60,294 nucleotides of DNA from Candidatus Kaiserbacteria bacterium (GCA_016217965.1 JACRFI010000002.1:1-60294); one strand, 5' to 3'; positions 25,273 through 34,545 are shown, numbered from the stretch's first letter. Numbers and translations are program-made. The notes: generated by a model from the sequence alone, not told the origin.

Positions 25273-25446
25273 ATGGGTTGGGGCGAAACCACAGTCGAGC
25301 AAGATTTTGCTGCATTGTCGAAGTTAATCGATGGTTTAGAGCCAGAGAACGTGCGTGCGGAAAAAACCAAGTTGGAGAACGAGCTCGAGAAGCTTCGTGT
25401 CAAGCTGCGGACCATCATTCGCGAGAAAATTGGGTTCAAGAACTAG
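25273..25446 (+). CDS. 57-aa coiled-coil micro-protein (not in the ORF track)
   Basis: MGWGETTVEQDFAALSKLIDGLEPENVRAEKTKLENELEKLRVKLRTIIREKIGFKN*. Begins 1 nt after the preceding stop and ends 2 nt before the next ATG, so the packing suggests an operon. Confidence 0.4.
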   Translation: MGWGETTVEQDFAALSKLIDGLEPENVRAEKTKLENELEKLRVKLRTIIREKIGFKN

Positions 25447-25448
25447 TC

Positions 25449-25760
25449 ATGGATGATCTTGACCGAACGGAGCTTGAGCAGATTCTCAAACTCACGAAAG
25501 AGAACAATCGCATGCTGCACGCAATGCGGCGGAATGCGTGGCTATCCGGCATATTCAAGGTTCTCCTGTGGGCGGCGTTCATAATTATCCCGTTCTGGCT
25601 CTATATGCAGTATCTTGCGCCGGTAATGCAAAGCGCCATGGATACCATGAATCAAATACAAGGGACTGGAGCTAAAGCACAAGCGCAGTTCGGTGAGCTC
25701 AACAACGCAATGCAGAAACTGCAGAATCTTTATCCCCAATATTTTCAGGGGCAGCAATAA
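25449..25760 (+). CDS. small membrane protein, hypothetical
   Basis: The start was moved to MDDLDRTELEQILK. It has one TM helix (GIFKVLLWAAFIIIPFWLYMQYL) and a Q-rich tail. Confidence 0.5.
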   Translation: MDDLDRTELEQILKLTKENNRMLHAMRRNAWLSGIFKVLLWAAFIIIPFWLYMQYLAPVMQSAMDTMNQIQGTGAKAQAQFGELNNAMQKLQNLYPQYFQGQQ

Positions 25761-25780
25761 ATGCTATAGTCTTGCGCGAA

Positions 25781-25854
25781 GCCTGGATAGCTCAGGTAGT
25801 TAGAGCATTCCCCTGAAGAGGGAAGGGTGGTCAGTGCAAGTCTGACTCCAGGCA
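25781..25854 (+). tRNA. tRNA-Phe (GAA) with a non-canonical T-loop
   Basis: GCCTGGA TA GCTC AGGTAGTTA GAGC A TTCCC CTGAAGA GGGAA GGGTG GTCAG TGCAAGT CTGAC TCCAGGC A. The cloverleaf is good, but the T-loop reads TGCAAGT, with G where U55 is expected. Confidence 0.75.
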
Positions 25855-25893
25855 CAAAGAGCAATGCGATTTTGGGGCGGGAGTCAGACTTTG

Positions 25894-25968
25894 GGAAGGG
25901 GTCGGGGAACTGGAGTTCCCCGTGGAGGAAGGCAGCGAAGCGTTGGAAACCGTGGGTTTCCAAAGCGC
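25894..25968 (+). repeat. tRNA-trailer element, copy R2 (candidate structured RNA)
   Basis: Same core as R1, differing by one substitution and one 1-nt indel. Hairpins GGGGAAC-TGGA-GTTCCCC and TTGGAAAC-CGTGG-GTTTCCAA. Confidence 0.6.
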
Positions 25969-26009
25969 AACTCGCGTAGCGAGCGAGCAGGTTAGACTCC
26001 AGGCACAGG

Positions 26010-26402
26010 TTATTTCTTGAGAATGAGTTGGTCGACGATCGCTTGAACAGATTCGATCTGCGTGTTTGTAGGGTTTCGAGGGATCAGATCTAAGAATTGG
26101 TGGAGGACCCATGCGGGATGATCTCGCACAAGATCTTCCACTCGACCTTGCGTTCGCGGATCTTTTTGCATCCGCTCGATCATTGCACGAAAATCTCTAT
26201 CACGCTGTATGACTTCGAGAGTTTTAGCTTTGAGCGTAAGTGCGGCGTGGTCGAGCGCAGAATTCGCATGCGGCTCATCGCCACTATGTTCACAATCATC
26301 TTTTATTCGTTCGATCACTGCTGGCACCGCAGCAGTGATCAATTCATTTTCGAGCTTACTACCATTCCAATCTTGGTTGGCCTCTAATCTCATTTCGGCC
26401 AT
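26010..26402 (-). CDS. hypothetical protein
   Basis: About 130 aa, acidic and helical. Last gene of the valS-to-hsp20 minus-strand gene string. No family recognised. Confidence 0.5.
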   Translation of the reverse strand: MAEMRLEANQDWNGSKLENELITAAVPAVIERIKDDCEHSGDEPHANSALDHAALTLKAKTLEVIQRDRDFRAMIERMQKDPRTQGRVEDLVRDHPAWVLHQFLDLIPRNPTNTQIESVQAIVDQLILKK

Positions 26403-26407
26403 ATTTA

Positions 26408-26902
26408 TCACCGGCTCCTCACTTTCAGTTTGGTCTGCCTCTTTTTATTTATTTTTGGAAGACGGATCATGAGTATCCCGTGCTTTTCGGATGCTTCGGC
26501 AAGTTCGACATCGACTTCTTCCGGGAGAAGTATGGTCCTTGAAAATGCTCCCCAGTATAATTCTCGTTGAAAGTAACTGTCCTCGTCGACTTCACGCTCA
26601 TCTTCACGGGAGCCACTAATCGTGAGCATTTCGCGAGTAAGGGCAATATCGATGGTTGCGGGCTGTACGCCAGCAACAAGCGCCTTCACAACGATAGCAT
26701 CGGGTGTCTGGTACACATCCACAGCCAGTTCACCTCCACCCTCTGTCTGGGGAAACGTGGGGTCATCCTCGGTCGCCATGTGCGCATGCCTTTCCTTACC
26801 GGCACCATGGAACTGGAGGTGTTCCGCTTGCGGGTCATCAAAATAGTCATCGTACTGGTTTCCGCTCCCGGTCAGCCGTTGAAAAAATGAGGGTTTTGCC
26901 AT
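26408..26902 (-). CDS. Hsp20/alpha-crystallin small heat-shock protein
   Basis: 164 aa. VDVYQTPDAIVVKALVAGV...LTISGSRE...FSRTILLPEEVD...ASEKHGILMIRLPK. Confidence 0.88.
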   Translation of the reverse strand: MAKPSFFQRLTGSGNQYDDYFDDPQAEHLQFHGAGKERHAHMATEDDPTFPQTEGGGELAVDVYQTPDAIVVKALVAGVQPATIDIALTREMLTISGSREDEREVDEDSYFQRELYWGAFSRTILLPEEVDVELAEASEKHGILMIRLPKINKKRQTKLKVRSR

Positions 26903-26921
26903 GTTGCTGTGGTCCGTGTCG

Positions 26922-27617
26922 TTATTTTCTAAATCTTGGCTTGATGCGCTTTACAAATTCTACTCCTGCAAGAACAGCGATGACGCCGCCCCACACTATA
27001 GCAAACGTTCGGAGCAGATGCTCTTCCGGCGCGTTAAGTATAAGGAAATTAAAGCCGCTGTGCAAAAGAGCGGCGAGGATAACTCCTCCGAGAACGTACC
27101 AGCCGTGGATCCGGTGTGGCTTGTAGAAAGAGAACGCGAGCGCCATTCCGACAACGGCAGATGAAAGCACGTGGAGGAGGGTGGCACCGACAAAACGCAG
27201 GTTTCCGGTCATTATGGTTTCGACCGGTGAGCCGCCGGCAAGCGGACTTAAGAGAAAAAGCGTGTTTTCAAGCGCTGCAAAGCCGAGCGCAACTGTAATC
27301 ATGTAGATAACAGGGTCTATCGGCTCGTCGTCTTCTCGCCGCCACAGTACTGTGATGCGGGCAGCAATATATTTCATGACTTCCTCTATGATGGACCAGG
27401 CGGTAAAGATAGCAGTAGTACTGAAGAGAAAATGGGCAACGTACTTTTGGATCGGGATGACGAGACCCACTGTCACCATGCCGGCAAGAAACGCGAGTGC
27501 AATGAGTTTCTTCGGCTCGGGGTGTGCCCTGTCTTCTCGGCGCCAGAACCAGAGCCACGCAAGAGCAGGAAACACACCTCCGGCGACGGCGGCAAGTACT
27601 GGTGCGAGATCGCTCAT
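26922..27617 (-). CDS. PrsW-family intramembrane metalloprotease
   Basis: 231 aa, multi-TM. EEVMKY (ExxK), ENTLF and HVLSSAVVG...LHSGFNF match the PrsW motifs. Confidence 0.7.
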   Translation of the reverse strand: MSDLAPVLAAVAGGVFPALAWLWFWRREDRAHPEPKKLIALAFLAGMVTVGLVIPIQKYVAHFLFSTTAIFTAWSIIEEVMKYIAARITVLWRREDDEPIDPVIYMITVALGFAALENTLFLLSPLAGGSPVETIMTGNLRFVGATLLHVLSSAVVGMALAFSFYKPHRIHGWYVLGGVILAALLHSGFNFLILNAPEEHLLRTFAIVWGGVIAVLAGVEFVKRIKPRFRK

Positions 27618-28069
27618 AGCGTTCTCATAACATTTTCCAATTGCTCTGTCGTTATAGAGTACGTCCGAAGTCTGTCGATATCGTTGGCCCCAAATAGATC
27701 AAAAAGCCACGTAATAGCCTTGCTGTGTGGGGCTTCTTTCGCAATGCGCCCATACATTCTGTTAAGATGGGGTTTTGTAGCTTCCGCATGAAAATACACG
27801 GTGTCAATTCCTTCTTTTTTCATAACATCTAGAAGTTTTTCGATTAGCCCTTTCGCGATATTTGCTGTGCGGAATCGTGGCCCAATGTCGAGATACTCAA
27901 TATACATATGCCTACGCAAACGCGGCATACGTTTTATCGTATAATCGATGCTTCCTCTGCCACCCGCGAGATGAATTATGCCTCCTTCATTTGATCCAAG
28001 TACGAACCACTCGCCCGTATGCTTTTTACCCGGTTTCTCATCGTGAAGTGACAGCCTATTTATTCTCAT
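27614..28069 (-). CDS. possible GNAT-like acetyltransferase, hypothetical
   Basis: 151 aa. IEYLDIGPRFRTANIAKGLIEKLLDVMKKEGIDTVYFHA resembles GNAT motif A. The assignment is weak. Confidence 0.35.
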   Translation of the reverse strand: MRINRLSLHDEKPGKKHTGEWFVLGSNEGGIIHLAGGRGSIDYTIKRMPRLRRHMYIEYLDIGPRFRTANIAKGLIEKLLDVMKKEGIDTVYFHAEATKPHLNRMYGRIAKEAPHSKAITWLFDLFGANDIDRLRTYSITTEQLENVMRTL

Positions 28070-30290
28070 GCACTGGCCATCTGGCCACCATAAGTATATC
28101 AGTATCTTTTTTAGGAAGTTTCTGCCATATTGCTTCAGTTACAAATGGCATGAAAGGATGGATAAGTTTGAGGGAGAGTGAGAGGATTTCGTATAGAAGC
28201 CGTGCGCGAGAGAGTTTCGCAGCAGCGCCTGCCCCGTTAGAGGTTGAAGGCTCTCTAATGGGGTCGCCATCTTTAAAAATATTCTTTGACTCCTCCAGTA
28301 TCTCCGACGCAAACCTATCCCACACAAAGTGGTACAGTTTTTCCGCGGCGATGTAGAGCCGATAATTCTCCATATCTTTAGTCACGTCCTCCGCAAGCGC
28401 TTTTGCTTCGTCTAGGAGCGCCGTGTCAGCATCACTCATCTTGGCATCGAGGTCGCTCTCGTTCACGCTTTCGAGCACGAATCGAGCTACGTTCCACAAT
28501 TTGTTCGAGAACAGCTTGTACGCCTTAATTTTTTGCTCGGAGAGTGCCATGTCCATTCCGGGCGTATTGCCGACAAGAAGTGCCATTCGGAGCGCGTCTG
28601 TGCCGTACGTTTCCGTCATCTGCAGGGGATTGATGACATTGCCCTTGCTCTTGCTCATCTTCTGCCGCTGCGCGTCGCGAACAAGCCCATGGAGATACAC
28701 GTCTTTGAATGGGACTTCACCGGTGCGATAGAGCCCGAGCATAATCATGCGCATCACCCAGAAAAAGAGAATGTCGTAACCGGTTTCCATCACGGATGTC
28801 GGATAAAATGCCTTGAAATCCGGCGAGTCAGGATATCCGAGCGTCGCGAACGGCCATTGGCCTGAAGAGAACCACGTATCGAACGTATCAGGGTCTCTCG
28901 AGACGATTCCACCACAATGCGGGCATTTCTCCACAGGTTCTGTGCTCACTATGGGTTCCGAACATTTTGCATGAAGGCGGTCTAGTCCGCCGCTGTATTC
29001 ACAAAACCATGCTGGTATCGGGATACCCCACACTATTTGCCTCGATATATTCCAGTCGCGAAGTTGGTCCAGCCAGTTGAAATATATCTTCCTATATTGC
29101 TCGCTCACGAATGTGATGCGTCCATCTTCAACCGCTTTTCGCGCAAGGTCCGCAAGCGGTTTTATCTTTACGAACCATTGTGGCAAGACGCGCGGCTCAA
29201 GAATATCGTGTTCGCTTTTGTAATTCACGAGCACGTTGTGCGTGTAGTTCTCGTCTACTTTTACCAACATTCCCTTTTCCTCGAGGTCGCGAGCCGTTGC
29301 GGCGCGTGCCTCCAGGATCTTCATGCCGGCATATTTCCCGCACTTCTCGTTCAATCGTCCGAATTGGTCAATGACTTCGACGATGGGGAGATCGTGTCGC
29401 TGCGCAACGGCAAAGTCATTCGGGTCATGTGCGGGTGTTATCTTCACCACCCCTGTGCCGAATTCCATGTCCACATATTCATCAGCAATGACCTTTAATT
29501 TCACAGGCCCTATCAAGCCCTCGAACTCGATTTCTTTCCCGACCCATTCCTTGTACCGTTCATCGCGCGGATTGACTGCAACCGCTGTGTCGCCGAATTT
29601 CGTCTCTGGCCGGACAGTTGCAAGCACAAAGGGACCATACTTCAGGTAGTAGAGTGGGTCTTGGCGTTCGACGGTCTTGGTTTCAAGATCAGAAAGGGAC
29701 GTTTGGTATTTTGTGCTCCAGTGCACAGGGCGTGAGCCGCGGACGATAAGCCCATCATCGTACATTTTTTTGAATGTGCCGTAGACAGTCGATATTATTT
29801 TCGGATCAAGCGTGAATGTATTCCTGCTCCAGTCGCACGAGGCACCCAGCTGCCGCAACTGTCCCTCCATGAATTTTTTGTTCTCAAGCGTGAAGGCAAG
29901 TGTTTCTTTGTAGAATTCCTCTCGTTGCATCTTGAACCGCGAACGTCCTTCTTTTTCCAATTTCTTTTCAAAGACTATCTGTGTCTCGAATCCAGCGTGG
30001 TCTGCGCCCGGCAGCCAGAGAGTTTTAAACCCTCGCATGCGTTTGTATCGAATGAGGAGGTCTTGCAGTGTGACGAAAAGTGCATGGCCCACGTGCAGCG
30101 AGCCATTCGCATTTGGCGGGGGCATAATTATTGTGTACGGGTCTTGATGCTCCTTTGGCAGGTTGTCCGGATTGAAGTACCCGCTCTTTTCCCAGAGCGC
30201 GTAGATGTCGGGCTCTGCCTCTGTGGGGTTATAGGGCTTCAGGAATATTTCCGGGGCGCTACCTCGTGTTTCCTCCCCGTTAGAAGCCAT
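28056..30290 (-). CDS. valS: valine--tRNA ligase (short form)
   Basis: PPPNANGSLHVGHAL (HIGH), KMSKSKGN (KMSKS) and a CP1 editing domain. The start was moved to MASNGEE; the alternative is 30329. The long C-terminal coiled coil is absent. Confidence 0.93.
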   Translation of the reverse strand: MASNGEETRGSAPEIFLKPYNPTEAEPDIYALWEKSGYFNPDNLPKEHQDPYTIIMPPPNANGSLHVGHALFVTLQDLLIRYKRMRGFKTLWLPGADHAGFETQIVFEKKLEKEGRSRFKMQREEFYKETLAFTLENKKFMEGQLRQLGASCDWSRNTFTLDPKIISTVYGTFKKMYDDGLIVRGSRPVHWSTKYQTSLSDLETKTVERQDPLYYLKYGPFVLATVRPETKFGDTAVAVNPRDERYKEWVGKEIEFEGLIGPVKLKVIADEYVDMEFGTGVVKITPAHDPNDFAVAQRHDLPIVEVIDQFGRLNEKCGKYAGMKILEARAATARDLEEKGMLVKVDENYTHNVLVNYKSEHDILEPRVLPQWFVKIKPLADLARKAVEDGRITFVSEQYRKIYFNWLDQLRDWNISRQIVWGIPIPAWFCEYSGGLDRLHAKCSEPIVSTEPVEKCPHCGGIVSRDPDTFDTWFSSGQWPFATLGYPDSPDFKAFYPTSVMETGYDILFFWVMRMIMLGLYRTGEVPFKDVYLHGLVRDAQRQKMSKSKGNVINPLQMTETYGTDALRMALLVGNTPGMDMALSEQKIKAYKLFSNKLWNVARFVLESVNESDLDAKMSDADTALLDEAKALAEDVTKDMENYRLYIAAEKLYHFVWDRFASEILEESKNIFKDGDPIREPSTSNGAGAAAKLSRARLLYEILSLSLKLIHPFMPFVTEAIWQKLPKKDTDILMVARWPVHENK

Positions 30291-30468
30291 ACCAAATCTG
30301 TGTAGGGCTGATAATCTCGGATGTTGCAAGTTTCGCGAAGCTTCTAACGGGGTCCATCAAGCGATGGTAGCAAATACCGCCTCATTTCGCGAGAGAACGG
30401 ATGTTCTTGCAGAGCGTCCGGCTGCAGGCTACCATGGGGGGCATTACGCTAATCTCATAGACGGATAT

Positions 30469-30891
30469 ATGGCTGGCATAACAGTGAAGCAGGTTACGCA
30501 ACTTAAAGTAGTTGTCGCACATGTACCCGGCTCGCTCGCGAGAGTTGCCGAGGCGCTCCAGAAGGCTGATGTGAATATCGAGGGAACATGCCATACCGAA
30601 GGAACGGATGAGACAGCACCTTTCCGAATGATTGTTGATAAGCCTGACGAGGCGAAGAAAGCGATCGAGTCTCTCGGAGAGCCTGTAACATTCGAGCAAT
30701 GCCTTTCGGTGCAAAGCGAAGATGACAAACCGGGATTCATAGCAAGAGTTGCGCGCAAACTTGGGGCCGCAAGTATAAACATTCAGGCTATTTACCACAC
30801 ATCATCCGGAAGGGGCGGAAGCGCAACGATGTATATTTCTGTCGACAAGGCGAACTTGCCAAAAGCACTCGAACTCTTAAAGTCCCTCTAG
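30469..30891 (+). CDS. tandem ACT-domain protein
   Basis: There are two repeats of the ACT-like pattern (LKVVVAHVPGSLARVAEALQKADVNI; SVQSEDDKPGFIARVARKLGAASINI). The start is uncertain (30364 or 30469). Confidence 0.6.
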   Translation: MAGITVKQVTQLKVVVAHVPGSLARVAEALQKADVNIEGTCHTEGTDETAPFRMIVDKPDEAKKAIESLGEPVTFEQCLSVQSEDDKPGFIARVARKLGAASINIQAIYHTSSGRGGSATMYISVDKANLPKALELLKSL

Positions 30892-31973
30892 TTCCCGGTG
30901 TTATCCAGCTTGAGAGCGCCATTCGCACTGAGAGAGTGTGCATCGGGAAATTCTTTTCTTTGTGCGCGGAAGTAACCCGCGAGCGCAATCATCAGTGCGT
31001 TGTCCGTTGAGAATTCCTGTGGGGGAATGAGGAGCAAGATACCGGCCTTTTCACATTCTTCAGCGAATCGTGCGCGTATGTGTTTGTTTGCAGAGACACC
31101 GCCGCCGATAACGATGCTCTTGGCGCCATGTTCCTCTGCAGCGCGCATCGTTTTCGATATCAGGACATCGGCGGCGGTGTCTTCGAATTCTCTCGCGATT
31201 TGTCTCTTTAATTCATCGCTCAGTGGTGAATGAGCCTCGACCATTCTCAGTACTGAGGTTTTTAAACCAGAGAACGAAAAATCGAAATTTTTCTCATGTA
31301 TCATTGGGCGAGGCAACTTGAAATGCGCTTCTAGCTTGGAGCTCCTGGCTTCAAGGGCAAGGCGGGAAATATGCGGGCCTCCGGGATAAGGTAGGCCAAG
31401 CATGCGTGCAACCTTGTCGAACGCTTCTCCCACAGCGTCGTCCCGCGTGCGTCCAATATACTCGTATCGCATCCATTCCCTCGAGAGTATTAATTCAGTA
31501 TGGCCGCCCGAAATTAACAACGAAAGCATTGGAAATTGTATTTCATTTGAAATTTGAAATTTGAAATTTGAAATTGCATCGTTTCCGCTCGTGAGGGCGG
31601 AAATGATGATATGTCCTTCCATATGGTTAACAGGCACGACAGGGATGTTCCATTTTTTTGAGAGCTCTTGCGCAAAATTGATTCCCGTCCATAAGCATGG
31701 CTCGAGCCCGGGGCCGTGAGTCACTGCTATCGCATCTATCTGAGGCGCGTCAGGCCCTCCGAGCACTTGCTGAAGGAGGCGAGGTAGATTTTCTTTGTGT
31801 TTGTTCTTTGCAAGGTTTGGATATATGCCGCCGTACTTCGCGTGCAAGTCCGATTGGGAATCAACCACATTAGCCAAGATCTCGAAAGAAAAATCTGTGC
31901 CAAATTTGCCGCTCGCTTCTATCAGCGCGACTCCGGTGTCGTCCGCGGAGGTCTCGATTCCAAGAATTTTCAT
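30888..31973 (-). CDS. tsaD: tRNA N6-adenosine threonylcarbamoyltransferase TsaD
   Basis: MKILGIETSADDTG, VNHMEGH, LLISGGHT and VIGGGVSAN. The start was moved to MKILGIE. Contains a heptamer-repeat-encoded insertion. Confidence 0.92.
   Translation of the reverse strand: MKILGIETSADDTGVALIEASGKFGTDFSFEILANVVDSQSDLHAKYGGIYPNLAKNKHKENLPRLLQQVLGGPDAPQIDAIAVTHGPGLEPCLWTGINFAQELSKKWNIPVVPVNHMEGHIIISALTSGNDAISNFKFQISNEIQFPMLSLLISGGHTELILSREWMRYEYIGRTRDDAVGEAFDKVARMLGLPYPGGPHISRLALEARSSKLEAHFKLPRPMIHEKNFDFSFSGLKTSVLRMVEAHSPLSDELKRQIAREFEDTAADVLISKTMRAAEEHGAKSIVIGGGVSANKHIRARFAEECEKAGILLLIPPQEFSTDNALMIALAGYFRAQRKEFPDAHSLSANGALKLDNTGN
31545..31572. repeat. perfect heptanucleotide tandem repeat (ATTTGAA x4) inside tsaD
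   Basis: catttgaaatttgaaatttgaaatttgaaattgc. On the coding strand, AATTTCA x4 encodes ISNFKFQISN. Confidence 0.9.
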
Positions 31974-32030
31974 CCCGCAGTTATAGCGCATTATGCGGCC
32001 TGCAGCCACCAGGAGGGTTATAATTGCCAC

Positions 32031-33812
32031 ATGGTTGCACGTTGGCGAGAAGACATACCGCTTGATACGAACCCCTTCAGGTTCTTTTTGTTTATTTCAA
32101 AGGCGCATTGGAGGGTGGCAGTCGTTTCGATGTTAGCAGTTATCGCTGCGGGCCTGTGCGCCGCGTACACTGCATATACATTCAAGCTTATTGCCAATGC
32201 GGCTTTGGCGTTGCCACAAGAAAGTGCATACCAGAATCTTTTGTGGGGCAGCGGTTTATATCTTGCATCACTCTTGGCGGCAAAAGCGTTTTGGCGCCTG
32301 AGCGGCTTTGTCGGGGCAGAGTGGGCGACCGGATCTCGCGCGAGCGCGAGACATGCGCTTACCGCATATGTCACGCTTCACAGCCGTACCTATTTTTCGA
32401 ACCGCTTTGCAGGTTCCATCGCAAATAAGATCGGGCATGCCTCGAGTGGCATGGTGGACATGGTGGAACTTCTCTTATGGGAGTTCATGGAACTTTTCGT
32501 TGCAGTGATAACGAGCTTCTTTATCGCTTTTTTCGCGTCTCCGTCTATTGCTCTTATTTTTTTGGTGTGGGTCATCGTTGTTGCTGTTCTGAATTCGTAC
32601 TTTGCATACAAGCGTACGCCGCTTTCAGCAAAGGCGCAGCAACTCGAAACGAGCCTTACTGGCAAAACTGTTGATCTATTATCCAACATCACTGCGATGC
32701 AGGAGTACGCTCGGCGGCCGTTCGAGATAGTGCGCCTCAAGGATGCGATCGACGAACGCCGTTTGGCAGGGCTTAGGAACTGGTGGTATGGCGAGCGGGT
32801 ACTCGTTATCAACAATGTGTTGCAGACATTTTTCGGAGCAGCAATGCTCTATACCGCCATCAAGCTAGCCATGCTTGGCAGCATTTCTCCAGGCGATGTC
32901 GTTTTGATCATCACCATTATTTTCCGCATAGAGGGTCTCCTGCAGACATTGGGTTCCAATTTGAACAAAGTGTCGAATGTATGGGGAGAGATAGAAGAGA
33001 GCCTCAACGAAATAGTTGAGCCGCACGAAATCCCGGATAGGGAGGACGCGATTGATCTCGTTGTGTCGGAAGGCAAGATCGACGTCAATACTATTTCATT
33101 CGCGTACGAAGAAACGCAGGTATTCCAGCATCTTTCCATTCACGTCGAAGCCGGGCAGCGTGTCGGGCTTGTGGGAAGGAGCGGCTCGGGCAAAAGCACG
33201 TTGATGCGTCTCCTTCTGCACCACCATGATATTCAGGGTGGTTCTATTACCATCGACGACACTGACATCGCAGGAGTGAAGCAGGAGAGTTTGCGCAGAG
33301 CGATTTCCATTGTGCCTCAGGAGCCGCTCCTCTTTCATCGAACTGTGCTTGAGAATATCGGATATGGTAAACCAAATGCGAAGAAGAAAGACATCGTCGA
33401 AGCAGCAGAACTCGCGCAGGCGCACGAATTCATTGAGAATCTTCCTCAAGGCTACAATTCAGTCGTGGGGGAACGGGGTATTAAGCTCTCTGGTGGAGAG
33501 CGCCAGCGTGTTGTGATCGCCCGCGCGATCCTAAAAAATGCGCCAATACTCCTTTTGGATGAAGCCACGTCTGCGCTTGATAGCGAGAGTGAGGTTGCGA
33601 TCCAAGAAGCCTTGAAGAAATTGATGCAAGGGAAGACGGTGATCGCCATTGCCCATCGCCTCTCGACTTTGCGGGAGATGGACCGGCTGCTCGTCATGGA
33701 GAAGGGCAAGATCATTGAAGACGGAACGCATGATGAACTGCTCCGGAAAGGCGGCAAATATTCTGATCTGTGGACCCACCAGGCTGGCGGATTCTTGCAG
33801 GATGATGAATAG
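32031..33812 (+). CDS. ABC transporter, fused permease/ATPase (MsbA-like exporter)
   Basis: The start was moved to the ATG at 32031, divergent from tsaD. Six-TM domain, Walker A GRSGSGKST, signature LSGGERQR, Walker B ILLLDEATSALD. Confidence 0.9.
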   Translation: MVARWREDIPLDTNPFRFFLFISKAHWRVAVVSMLAVIAAGLCAAYTAYTFKLIANAALALPQESAYQNLLWGSGLYLASLLAAKAFWRLSGFVGAEWATGSRASARHALTAYVTLHSRTYFSNRFAGSIANKIGHASSGMVDMVELLLWEFMELFVAVITSFFIAFFASPSIALIFLVWVIVVAVLNSYFAYKRTPLSAKAQQLETSLTGKTVDLLSNITAMQEYARRPFEIVRLKDAIDERRLAGLRNWWYGERVLVINNVLQTFFGAAMLYTAIKLAMLGSISPGDVVLIITIIFRIEGLLQTLGSNLNKVSNVWGEIEESLNEIVEPHEIPDREDAIDLVVSEGKIDVNTISFAYEETQVFQHLSIHVEAGQRVGLVGRSGSGKSTLMRLLLHHHDIQGGSITIDDTDIAGVKQESLRRAISIVPQEPLLFHRTVLENIGYGKPNAKKKDIVEAAELAQAHEFIENLPQGYNSVVGERGIKLSGGERQRVVIARAILKNAPILLLDEATSALDSESEVAIQEALKKLMQGKTVIAIAHRLSTLREMDRLLVMEKGKIIEDGTHDELLRKGGKYSDLWTHQAGGFLQDDE

Positions 33813-33845
33813 CCAAGCTATATTTTTCTGCTATATTGTTCGCAC

Positions 33846-33917
33846 GCGCGGTTAGCTCAGTGGTAGAGCATCTTCTTGACGTGAAGAGGGCCGGGGGTTC
33901 AATCCCCTCACCGCGCA
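33846..33917 (+). tRNA. tRNA-Val (GAC)
   Basis: GCGCGGT TA GCTC AGTGGTA GAGC A TCTTC TTGACGT GAAGA GGGCC GGGGG TTCAATC CCCTC ACCGCGC A. Confidence 0.9.
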
Positions 33918-33921
33918 CTGA

Positions 33922-34545
33922 ATGGAGACGATTCAGCTTCAAAATAATCTCGGCACCTGTGTTTTAAAGGCGTCTGGGATGCTTCAAAGAGGGGGAGTTA
34001 TCATCTATCCTACAGACACGTTGTACGGACTTGGTGCGGATGCGCTCTCGGATGAGGCGGTAGCGAAAGTCTATGAGATAAAGGGGAGAAATGAAGGGAA
34101 GCCGATGCATGCGGTGTTTGCGGACATGGAGATGGTACGGGAGTACGCAGAAGTGAATGACACTGCGGAAAAACTTGCGGAGAGGTTTTTGCCAGGAGCA
34201 CTTACCCTTATTCTAATAAAGAAGCCGCAGTTTAATGCGGGATTTGTGAAAGGAATTGATACCATAGGCGTTCGCATCCCTGATAATGAATTTTGCTTGG
34301 AACTCGCCAGAACATTTGGCAAACCGTATACGGCCACTAGCGCGAATATTGCGGGCCAGGTACCTCAACTCTCCGTAGAAAAAGTATTGGAACAATTGGG
34401 ACCGAATGCAAAAGGTGTTGACCAGGTGATCGATGGCGGGGTGCTTTCGATGCGGCAACCGACGACGGTGGTACGCGTAGCAAACGGAGAGATTTTTATT
34501 TTGCGCGAGGGTGCGATACTGAAAGAGGAAATTTTGGCAACATAA
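33922..34545 (+). CDS. tsaC: L-threonylcarbamoyladenylate synthase (TsaC/YrdC/Sua5 family)
   Basis: 207 aa. GGVIIYPTDTLYGLGADA, KGRNEGKPM and TATSANIAG. Confidence 0.88.
   Translation: METIQLQNNLGTCVLKASGMLQRGGVIIYPTDTLYGLGADALSDEAVAKVYEIKGRNEGKPMHAVFADMEMVREYAEVNDTAEKLAERFLPGALTLILIKKPQFNAGFVKGIDTIGVRIPDNEFCLELARTFGKPYTATSANIAGQVPQLSVEKVLEQLGPNAKGVDQVIDGGVLSMRQPTTVVRVANGEIFILREGAILKEEILAT

Noticed and set aside
25844-26007. Prophage or genomic island integrated at tRNA-Phe
   Set aside because: The direct repeats of the tRNA 3' end are only about 140 nt apart and enclose no integrase or cargo. At most this is a scar or a miniature element, and it is reported as such.
30291-30468. T-box leader upstream of valS
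   Set aside because: The divergent spacer is under 180 nt. No specifier-loop or T-box (AANNNGGTGGNACCGCG-like) sequence was seen.
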